The notes below the pieces were generated by a model, which had not been told where the DNA came from, searched no databases, and saw only the letters and a list, made by a program, of their open reading frames with translations. From positions 1,376,363-1,440,362 of the forward strand of contig NC_057751.1 of assembly GCF_004010195.1 (NCBI RefSeq): a stretch of 64,000 nucleotides of DNA, read 5' to 3'. Every line of letters begins with the position of its first letter. Position 1 is the first letter of the stretch. The position numbers were made by a program, and so were the translations under genes. This DNA comes from Chiloscyllium plagiosum. Taxonomy: Eukaryota. Positions 11,601-23,600 of this stretch are shown in pieces.

Positions 11601-14600
11601 GTCAGATCATCTCCAAACATTCACTCTCTTTCTCTCCCCACTGATGCTGTTGGGTTTCTCGAGCATTCTCTGCCCTTGGTCTGGTTATCTGTTATTCTAT
11701 AATAGAAACCATTCAAAGCACCTAATTCAATTCCAGCCTATAACTCAGTCCAGAGTATCTGTCACTCACTGTATAAACATTTCAATTAAGCACCAGTATG
11801 TGACCCACTTCTGGGGATCTCTTATTCTGAGGTTTATAAAATCATGAGGGGCATGGACAGGGGAAACAGACAAGGTCTTTTTCCTGGGGTGAGGGAGTCC
11901 AGAACAAGAGGGCATAGGATTAGGGTGCGAGGGGAAAGGTATAAAAGGGACCCAAGGGGTGACTTTTTCACACAGAGGGTGGTACGGGTATGGAATGAGC
12001 TGCCAGAGGAAGTGGTGGAGGCTGGTACAATTACAACATTTAAGAGGCATCTGGATGGGTATATGATTAGGAAGGGTTTGGAGGGATATGGGCCGGGTGC
12101 TGGCAGGTGGGACTAGATTGGTTTGGATATCTGGTTGGCATGGACAAGTTGGGCCGAAGGGTCTGTTTCTGTGCTGTACATCTCTATGACTCTATCACTC
12201 TAACAATATACTTCCTGAATCCCTCAATTAGATTCAAAATGTGAACTCATTCCTCAGTTTTTCAACACAAACTCCTCCAGACTACTCAGTAGCTTTCAAG
12301 TTCTGGATGTCTATTATTGTGTATATCAACTCAACCTGAACTCCTCAATCAGATTCCAGTCAATGATTCCTTCCTGGGTGTCTGTTTACCTGGACATGAA
12401 AACCTCCCATTAAACCGCTCCATTAGATTGCAGCCTCGAACTCACTCCTAACTATTTATTCTTCTGTGCATGACCTTGCCAGACCCTTGATTCGATTCCA
12501 TCCCTGTACATCTGCTGTTTGACGTAGAGAGAGTTGAAATGTTGGGGGAGAAAGCAGAGACCGCATCTGGGCAGGAATTTTAGTCAAGGTGTGATTCACA
12601 AGAATGGAGGATGCTGGGAAATCTGAATCCAAAACTGAGCAAGAGTCACTGGACCCGAAACGTCAGCTCTGCTTTCTCTCCACAGAGATTGGCAGAGCTG
12701 TTGAGTTTGTCCAGTGGTTCAGTTCGTTTCTGATTAGCCATGTCAGGGTACGGATTCAGCAAAATGGAGGGGGCCAGGAAACGACAGTGTCAGCCATTGC
12801 AGGCTTCCCACGGGCAGTGCCCATTTTGGAGCAAAGAGACTTTTTACTGAGGGTAAACAAAGTCTATGATCAACAGCAAACAGTGAACTGGTTCCTTCCC
12901 AGCAGAGTTTGTACTGGCAGTGAGCGGAGGAGGGGACAAAATCCAAAACCCAATCACTTTGAGCGGTCACATCTTGGTCTGATTGATGGACCCATTAACC
13001 AATCAGCTCCATTCAGAGTAGGGTATAGCCAATAGTGAAAGAGTCAAGTGCAAGTCAAATTCCTTACCGTATTTACTCCCATCTTCCGCCGTTGCGTTGA
13101 TCCTCTTGCCCAGGATCTGGACGTGCTTCCCACTGGTCCGGCTGTAGAGCTGGTAGACACGGATATGACGTCGGCTGAGTTGGTCACTGGTCCTGGCGTG
13201 GTCCCTCACGTGCTGATTAAAATTAGGGGACGATTGATTCTCCCCCTTTTGTTTACAAAGGGAGAAATAAAATCAATTTGCTTTTACTGTGCCGGAGCCC
13301 AGTGATCTGATGTGTGTCAGTTCACCCCTCCTCCAACTCAACTCTCCACCTCTCTGTGCTGGGCATAGGGTCGCCAACTCGCGTTGGACACACCCCTGGA
13401 AGGGAGAGTGCCTTCTCCAGAGTCCCACGATATGATAAATTCAGCCAGGTCTATCTGTCCATTATTCTATCACTCCTCTGCAATGATACAGCACGGAAAC
13501 AGACCCCTCGGTCCAACCAGTCCGTATCGACCATGTTCCAAACTAAACTACTCCCATCTGCCTGCGTAAATATCTTCCCTGTTCATGTACTTATCCAAAC
13601 ATCTTTTAAATATTGTAACCGTACCCAAATCTACCACTTCCTCAGGGAGTTCACTGAACACGTGAAGCATCCGCTGTGTAAAAATGTTGCCCCTTATGAC
13701 TTTTACAAATCTCTCTTCTCTCACCCTACAAATGTACTCCTTTGTCTCAACACCCCCACCACAGGGAAAGGATACCTGCCATTTACCCTGTCTGTGTCCC
13801 TCACGATGTTATAAACCTTTATAAAATCACCCCTCAGCCTCCTGCACTCCAGGGAAAAGAGTCCCAGTCTATCCAGCCTCGCCTTACAACTCAAACCCTC
13901 CTTTTACAGCAAGATTCCTGGTATATTCTCCCCACGATGATTAATATTTGTCAGAGAAACAAGCAAAAGTGGCCACATGAAAACAGAACGTTGCCTGGTG
14001 GCACTGAAGTTAAGTATTGATGAGAAAATGATGTGTTCTCAAAATATTTCATCGTACACTCTTTTGGGATTTCCTTCTCTGACCTGGTTGAGTGCAATTT
14101 GAAAACCAGCAACAGCAAGTCTCTTCCTTCAGAAATCATCAAACTTAAACAGTTTCTAATGTGCCAATCACCCCCGCCTGGGTTCTGATCATGGAGATCT
14201 GTCTTTAATTCCTGGAGAATCCAAAGAAACACTGAGGGAGGAACAGTAACCCCAAGATTCCACGTGACGTTCTCACAACTTTAGGTGCAATCAGGAGAAG
14301 AGACAAGGCTGAAGCTAAACACAAACTTGCATGAACACATCCTGGTGGTCATCCCAAAGGGCAATACAAAGGAGGTCACTGAGATCAAACAGGCAACTGA
14401 AATCCTCAAGGAGGCTTTTAAAAGTTGGCAGAAAGAAATAATTTCTATTTAAGTCAAGGTTTTCTCATCCTCAAGGACTCACAAAGTGTCTCACTCAGTC
14501 AGGCGCTTGTGCAATGCAGGGGCTACAACCCTTCACTCTGGAGGAGATGGCGGCAGTACAGCCTCAGACTTTCTGGCCTCCTTAACAAAGCCAGTTCTGG

Positions 14601-17600
14601 AAAGACAAAGTCATGGAATCATACAGCACGGAAACAGACCCGTCAGTCACAGAGTCACAGAGATGTTCAGAGACGTAGATCCAACCCGTCCATGCCGACC
14701 AGATATCCCAACCCAATCTAGTCCCACCTGCCAGCACCTGGCCCATATCCCTCAACCCTTCCTATTCATATACCCATCCAGATGCCTTTTAAATGTTGCA
14801 ATTGTACCAGCCCCCACCATTTCCTCTGGCAGCTCATTCCATACACGTACCACCCTCTGCGTGAAAAAGTTGCCCCTTCGGTTCCTTTTAAATCTTTCCC
14901 CTCTCACCCTCCAGTTCTGGACTCCCCCACCCCAGGGAAAGACCTTGTCTAGTTATCCTCTCCATGCCTCTCATAATTTTGTAAACCTCTATAAGGTCAC
15001 CCCTCGGCCTCCGACGCTCCAAGGAAAACAGCCCCAGCCTGTTCAGCCTCTCCCTGTAGCTCAAATCCTCCAACCCTGGCAACATCCTTATAAATCTTTT
15101 CTGAACCCTTTCAAGTTTCACAACATCTTTCCAATAGGAAGGAGACCAGAATTGCACGTAACCTTCTAACAGTGGCCTAACCAATGTCCTGTATAGCTGC
15201 AACATGACCTCCCAACTCCTGTACTCAATACTCTGACCAATAAAAGAAAGCATACCAAATGCCTTCTTCACTATCCTATCTACCGGCAACTCCACTTTCA
15301 AGGAGCTATGAACCTGCACTCCAAGGTCAAGGGTTGAAGGGCCCGCACTGCGCTGTAATGTTCTATGTTCTATGAACATGATGCCAAATGTTACTAATCT
15401 GTCTGTCCTTGGTCCATATCCCTCCATTCCTTGCATATCCATGCGCTAATGGAAAAGCCCCTTAAATGCCCCTATTGTACCTGTCCCCACCCCCATCACC
15501 ACTTGTGGCAGCATGTCCCACATTCCTATTACTCTCTGTGGAAACACCTCCTTTAACCTTCCCCCTCTCACCTGAACTGCATCCCTATTGTGTTTGACAT
15601 GCTCCCATGTCAATGTCGTAAACCTTGGATCAGAACTATTTGCTTTACACAGGGCTACCTGTCTGTATCGTGTTATCCTTGTGAGGCAGTTATATTCAAT
15701 GTCCATGTGCAGGTGCCCAAACCAGTGAAGTTACCAGTGGGGAAAATTGAATAGCTATGTCCTGAACAGCAAGCTCTCACAAACAGCACTGGGGTCAACA
15801 CTGACTAACAGACCCATTTCTAGCTTGTACCTTCTGCATAATTGCTTTATAACAAAAACTTTTCCTTTGTGTGTGTGTGTAGTTTTCCATGGAATATGGG
15901 TGCTGGTTAAAGTGATATTTCTTACCCATTTCCAACATGAGAGTCAAATGTTTCTCTGACTCAGAGTCACAGATTTCTTTTGCTAAAGAATGTAAGGCCA
16001 GTAAATAATTCCAGACTATGTTTTCATTGAATTGAAATGCAATGGTAGGATTTAAACCATAAACTTGGGGTTCTGAAGTCAAAACAGCAATTGCTGGAGA
16101 AACCCTGTAGGGCGAGCAAAGAGAAAACAGATTGGACCTTTGGGGTCCAGTGATGCTCTCTCAGAACCTGGGGTGGACTGCGAACAGCACAGTGACATTA
16201 CCAGTCCAACACCATCTCCCCCTTGCATCCCTCAAACACAACAGCAAGGTTTCAGTGATTGTCAAGCCCTTTGAGGTGAGGGCTCCATGAGAAGGTGCTA
16301 TATAAATGCAAGTTGTGTCTCCCTGTCTGTCTGTCTATCTGTACGTCAACCATGCCTATCTTTGAACATGCCAGCAGGACACTGAAAGCAGGGAATGTTT
16401 AAAATTAGCTGAGATCAGCATAAGAGGGTCCCTCTGAAGGCTTTTCCCCTGGGGGTCAGCAGGACACCAACAGGAAGTTTCTTTGCTCATGCTATTCATT
16501 CACAACCTTTGCTATTTTTAGGGGGAGAGAAACATCCCTCCTCCAACGAGGACTTTTTCCATCACCCGAACTGAACCAAGCCTCCACCTCGGCTGCTGTC
16601 AACATAAATATTCCCAGATTCCACTCAGCATATTCACCGGGAGGAGGCCTGAGGGTGAAACTGGAGTCCCCTGGTGGCTGAGAGAACCTTCACACTCACG
16701 GCGACCATCCCACAGTCCGGCTCACACTAGCCAAGGACAATCATTCCTGATTTTCTCAAGCTTTCTTCCCACACTGAACAACCAAGGTGGACTGGAGTTG
16801 TAAAGGTTTTTTTGGGATAAGGTGTACTTGTTCCTCCGGGGTGGTGCTTGTCCACTGACCCCTGAAAGCGGTGGGACACATTAACAGGGGAGTTCAGAAG
16901 GAAGGCAGCATCAGACATGGCACAGACAGGGAGATGATGTTGGAGCTGGATAGGACTTGGTTTAATCTACTCCAGCTACAGGACTGCTGTCCAAGTGCTG
17001 GAGAGTGCAGTCAGTGGAGATAGGTTGGTGTACACTCAATGGGCTGAAGGGATTCAATGAGCCTTGAACAGCACTGAGAGGCAATTTGCTGGAATTGGGG
17101 TCCTTTCAAACCTGTTCCTTCCTCGTCCTGGGTCTGAAAGCTCGAAGGATATATCGGAGCAGCTACCTCTGACTGTGGGAGGTGAAATGTCAGAGCTAGC
17201 TGCCAGGAAAGTCTCCAGGACCTGCTGGAAATGTGCCTCACGGAGAGGAGGATGGACAGCACAAAGTGAAGGTGAACCAGACTTGGACAGCACCGCATCA
17301 TTGAGAAATTCATTTTTCAATCAGAATCCGCTCCTGGCTTTTATTCAGTCACTGAGTCCAAGTGAAGCATGCTTGGACTGAAGAAGGATGCAACCATTGA
17401 GGAGGGGGGGGGGGAGGGGGTCAAGTCAGTTGGAACACAGGCTGAAGTGCTGCAGTGCCACCACTGGCTGGAGGGTGTGATGACAGCGTGACATGTTGAC
17501 ATTGCATTTGACATTGTAAGTGTTGAGAGAGGTATTGAGTGTGGGAAAGGTTGCACTGAAGTCTGGTTGTAATCGTGACAATTGCGAGCGTGCTTTTGCC

Positions 17601-20600
17601 CAGAGGGAATGTGTTACCATGGTCACCGTACCTCAAAAGTGATTGGTCACACTCACAAACACACACTGAAGTGCAGCTCCTGCTGCACATTTGTGTCCCT
17701 GATACATTTGTCACTTTTTCAATTCCTTCTTTCCTGGAGGCTTAGAGTTGCTCTCCACACCAGTATTTATTGCCCGACCCTAATTGCCCTTGAGAAAGGG
17801 GTGTTGCACTGCTTCCCTGAACATGCTCAGTCCTGTGGTCGAGACAGCCGCAGCACTGCCAGGGAGTTATCAGGCAGAAGGAAAAGAACAAACCGGTATT
17901 TCTGTCACAGCCGTTACCATCGCTTCCTCCAGCCACCAGGGTGATCTTCTGTGGTCTCGATGCTGTCGTAATGCAGGAAATGCAAGAGCCAAGGCACACA
18001 CAGCAAGATCCCACAGTGCCGTCATGACTGGAGAATTGATATTCATGATGTTAGTTGGGGATAAATATGAATCAGAGGAGACACAGAGAGCTCCCTTCTC
18101 ACAGTGCCTCTGATCCTCAGTGCCTACCTGACCAGTAACACCTCCTCCTCCTCAGGGCTGGCTGCTGCCAAATTCCCAGTGAGTGACAGATATTTTTCCA
18201 ACTTGAGCTGACTGTTGTGGCCAGCCCGGCCCATTCACTGCCCAGGCATAACAAACACATGCCAATGGCTGTTCTTGAGGAGAAAGTGAGGTCTGCAGAT
18301 GCTGGAGATCAGAGCTGGAAATGTGTTGCTGGAAAAGCGCAGCAGGTCAGGCAGCATCCAGGGAACAGGAGAATCGACGTTTCGGGCATAAGCCCTCCTG
18401 AAGAAGGGCTTATGCCTGAAACGTCGATTCTCCTGTTCCCTGGATGCTGCCTGACCTGCTGCGCTTTTCCAGCAACACATTTCCAGCAATGGCTGTTCTT
18501 GCCCATGTGACAGAGGTAACGCTCCATGCTGCTCGGTAAGGGCCTCGTGATCATGAATGGCTGACTCAGGACTTGGAACAGAACTGGCACTGCTGGTGTC
18601 CCTGTCACATTGTTAGTCCTGGCTCTCTCAACCTTATAAAATAAGTGGACGAGTACTTGGAATGTCACAACATTTCAGGCTACGGACCATGTGGTTTGAG
18701 TGCAGGCTTCGGGTCGTCTTTGCAGCACTGACTCAATGGGCCGAAGGGCCTTTTCTGTCCTGTGTGATTCTCTTATTCTGCTTATGCAGATTTCCATGGT
18801 AAACAGGGGAGTTTTCTCATGTAGACCTTACCCAGTACCAAAGACCCAGAGGCTGGATTTGCACGTGGGGTATCAGGGTGGTGGGAGCGCTATGGCCATA
18901 TTAATGAAGAGAATTCGCGACCTCCTCTTGCTCCTTCTTTTGATGAATCTCGGAATATTCCTGTTGTCCATGGCACCTCCCACTAGCTGTGCCTTCAGAG
19001 CAGACCACTGTCTCATTTCCCAGCAGAGACCACCTCAATTCCAACCTGATGGCTTTGCCTGGGTGGGGTACAATCCGGAGCCTGAGGTGAGAATGATCCC
19101 CACCCAGGCAAGGACACTGTCCTGATCACACTTAGCCCCACTTACCCCACTTCACCCCTCTTCTCCCAACCACCTATTTAAGATTTCAAACCCTTCGGGT
19201 TAAACAGAAAATTACTCAGCCACGTCACTCAGAGTTATTGAAGGTTGCAATCACTCTCTGATTGCATCTATTTTTTGATGGTAAACACAGTGGAAATGAA
19301 ATGAAATGGGTCTTTTGGACTGAACAGGGTCAGTTTGAAATGATGTGTCCACCCAGAGGTATCAAGCGCTATTCCTCCCCAGTCTCATCTGAAAAGTGGC
19401 CATCACCCTTTCCTGTGTGTGGTGTACTGTGTGAAGAATGTTGTTCGATCCTATCTTAGACCCTGGCTACATTCAGCATCTAATCTCACAGACAGGAGAG
19501 TGAGTGAGTGAGTGAGTGAGTGGTAATGATAATCCTACCCAAGCAAGGGACTGAGAGCAAAGTTGCTTCAATTTGTTCTTCTCAACCTGTTTCCAAACAA
19601 AAGGACAAATGAAACGACGAGAGAGAGAGAGAGAGAGAGAGAGACAGGAAATCAGCATCAGAAGGACTGGTGTCTTAAAAGCTCAGATCAATTCCTGTAA
19701 ACGTCCCTATCAACACTGACCTAAAACTAGCAACTGGGTTGAAGAATTCCACAGCTTTTGAGCAGGGATCTCGCTTTTGTGAAATGCACAGCCGTTCGCG
19801 CTAATTTTAACCTTTTGCCCAGAGATAAGTGTTAACTTGGTGTCGGATACTGAAACTATTTATATCAGCACTAAAAAAAGCTTCTCATGATGAATTTACA
19901 ACACAGGTTAGCATTGAGGTTACTCAGGGTGGGTTTGTGGGGGGGGGGGGGGGGGGGGGGTGGGGAGTGCGTGTGGAAGTGGGGGACCTGTCTGTGAGCG
20001 AGCTCTGCCAGGGGCTGTTTAACTCTTTAAAAGCATCAGCCTTTGTTTTTAATTCCTGGTTCTCAGTAGAGAAGCCCTGCCACCATCGGGAGTGCGTCTC
20101 TCCTCTCTGTGTGGTGGTGTTGTGGTAAACTCAGCAGCACGGTGGAAACTTGGTTATGTGGTTCCCAGCAGGGACAGAGTGCATCCCACCTGAACCGTGT
20201 ACCCCAGTCCCACACACTCCATACAACAGGAATTATAATGAGGAGCTCATTGATTCCCTCCTGACACTGGTTGTTATAGCTGCCTTGTCCAACACAGAGT
20301 CATAGAGATGTACATCATGGAAACAGAACCTTCGGTCCAACCCGTCCATGCCGACCAGATATCCCAACCCAATCTAGTCCCACCTGCCAGCACCCAGCCC
20401 ATATCCCTCTCAACCCTTCCTATTCATATACCCATCCAAATGCCTCATAAATGCTGCATTGTCCCAGCCTCCACCACTTCCTCTGGCAGCTCATTCCACA
20501 CACGTACCACCCTCTGTGTGAAAACATTGCCCCTTAGGTCCCTTTTATATCTTTCCTTTCTGGTGACTGCCAAATGATGCCAACTCTGGAAGAAGCAGGT

Positions 20601-23600
20601 CCAATTTAGGTCTGGCTTGGTTGGGGGAACACTCTCATCTCGCTCCATGCTTGAGATTGTGGGTCCAAGTCTCATTTAAAGAACAGAGCTCCAACATCAG
20701 GATGGTGTTGCACCTTGACAGCAAAGTCAAAGCTGTCAAAGTCAAGTGTCCATCGACCCTCTCAAGTAGAAATAAAAGATCCCATGACATTCTTTCAAAG
20801 AGACACAGGGTTTAGTCTGGACACCTGGCCAATATTAACTCCCCCAACCAATATCACAAAAACAGATGATCTGGTCATGAGTACATTTCCATTCATGAAG
20901 ACCTTGCTGTGAGCAAATTGGCTACTTCTTGCACTAAAACTAAGGACCATGTCTGGTGACAGGACTAACCCTTCGGATGATCTGGGGTCATGAAAAGTGC
21001 TGCAAAAATGCAAATTCCTTCTTGACAGTTCTCTGCATCTCCCGTGTGAATGTTTGTACCAAACCCTGAAATCTTTCAAACAATCAGCCAGGAGGGACAG
21101 AGGACTCGCTTTTTCAGTGGGGTGTTTCCAAGCATTACCTCGTTATATCACAGAGCAGCCAGTGCCCTGAAATATTCGGAGGTATGATTATTCTAGAATA
21201 CAGCAGTGTCAGCTGTTTGAAACACAACAAATGGAAGTGCCTCAGTGATTTTCAAACGGAGAGCTTGCTTTCTGCCATGTCTTTCAGAGGCTTTGGATTT
21301 CCTGAACTGTCCTTCAGCTACACAGACAGTTTCTTCTTATTCACTCTATCCAAGCTCACCATTATTCTGAACCACTCCAGTAAATCTACTCGCAGTTGTT
21401 TCTGCTCTAAGGAGAGGATTCCCATCTCCCGAGTTCTTGTCACATAATCCTGAGCATTCCTCTGCTCCCACAGAAAATTCGCTGCAGCTAAAGTGGAGCT
21501 GTGTCAATGTTTGCCATCCCTATCCCTTTAATGCTCCATAATATCCCACGTGGGTGACCCGGTGTGAAGCATTCAACAGGAGAAGTAGCACAAACATAAA
21601 ACAAAACCATCTGTCAGGTACAAGTGTCAAATAATTCAATCAACAAATGCATAACCTGATCACTTTGCTCATCAGTGTAACATTTTAAAAAGTTTGAGTA
21701 ATTGTCAAAATTGACAATCTAAAAATTGTCAACAGAGGAATCCCATTGTCATTAATCACTTGGTCAGTAGAAGTCCATCGCTCTGAGATTTTCTCAGTGT
21801 GTGGATCAGTCAGGGGCACATCTGCCTCTGAGGTGAGTCACAAGCTAAGTCCCAATGCAGAACCTGCAGTGCATTCAGAGAGTGCTGGAGTGCCAATTAC
21901 TGTCTTAAATTCAACTGGTAACTCTGCCCGTGGACTGAGAGGATCCCAGGACATTATTTAATGAAGCCTGGGTGTACAGGATGACACCTCAATGAACATC
22001 ACTTGAATAACTAACCCGGCCAGTTAACATTATACTGTTTGTGAGATCTTGCTGTGCCACTCTTCCTGCCTGACAGCAGTGGCACCCAATGTCCTGTTCA
22101 GCATTTCAAACATCCCCGTGTCTGCGTAGGTTTCCTCCGGGTGCTCAGGCTAGCAGGACTGGCCATAGTATCCAGGGATGTGCAGGTGAGCTGGGGTAGC
22201 CATGGGAAATGCAGGGTGATAGGGTGGGATGCTCATCATAGGGTTGGTGCACACTCAATGGGCTGAATGGCTTGCTTCCACAATGTCGGGATTCTATGAT
22301 GGTATTCACAAAATAATGACTGCTACCCAGGCATCTTGACTGATCCTTCAGCGTTTTAACTGATCACCCCCAAACCTTGTAACCCGTTTTAGTTTCCAAG
22401 TTTGAAGTTTACTTGTGCCTACCTGTCCTGTCCTGAGCTGACTCCCTTTAATTTTACCAACATTCTTTATTTTCAAAACCACCTGGAAGAAACTGTCTTG
22501 GCACACACTGGGGAATGCTACCAGCAACTTCCTGCTTGGGTAATCACCCCACGTTACACAGCGTGTGATGGTCTTATAGTACCTGCCTCATTGCACACCC
22601 CGAAGATTGAGACCAAGGTGGTGTAGTGATCTGCAATTTCTAATCACACTACACCCAACTATCTTACCCACGGGAGAAGGCACACAGGGACTCTGAGGGC
22701 TGGTAAACATTATACTACCTGCTTTCGACTATCAGGCCATTCACGTTACTCCTGAGGAGAAAACATTGATAAAGAAACTGGATAGTTTTACAAATGTGCA
22801 ACCTCTCTCAGCTGACAGAATAACAGCATGGGAAGATATCCAACTCTCAGTTCCCTTCCAAGCAACCTCCACACACACACACACACACACATGCACACAG
22901 TCTGTCACACACACACACACCTCACACACCACACACACACACATGCACACAGTCTGTCACACACACACACACACACACCTCACACACCTCACACACACAC
23001 ACACAGACAGAGTCTGTCACTTACACACACACAGACACATGCACACAGTCTGTCACACACACACAGACAGACAGGCAGACACACACACACACACACACAG
23101 ACACACACACACATACCTTCCCCAGTTGGATATATATTACTCTTCCTTCACTGTCACTGGGACAAAACTTGCATGACTCTGCGTCTTCACCACCCCAGAC
23201 TGTAGTGGTTCAAAAAGGCAGCTCACCATCACTTTCTCAAGGGCAACTACGGAGGGGTCAGAAACCACCCAAGAAAACAAATTCAAACAAGCGCTCCTGG
23301 GAAATTTATCTTGATTAAAGGCACTTTAAAAATGCAAAGTGTTGTGATGTTAGGAAAATTTTTTTTAGGTTAGATTAGATTACCTACAGTGTGAAACAGG
23401 CCCTTTGGCCCAACCAGTCCACATTGACCCTCGGAAGAGTAACCCACCCAGACCCATTTCCCTCTGACTAATGCGCCTGACACTATGGGCAATTTAGCAT
23501 GGCCACTTCACCTGACCTGCACATCTTTGGACTTGGTGTCATAGAACTTTACAGTACAGAAAAGTCCCCGAGGCCCATCATTTCCATACCACCAAAAATG

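Noticed and set aside
22766..23205. His/Thr-rich ORFs (also 27421-27738, 49686-50196 and Arg/Glu-rich 52502-52717)
   Set aside because: Translations of (CA)n, (TG)n and (GA)n microsatellites.
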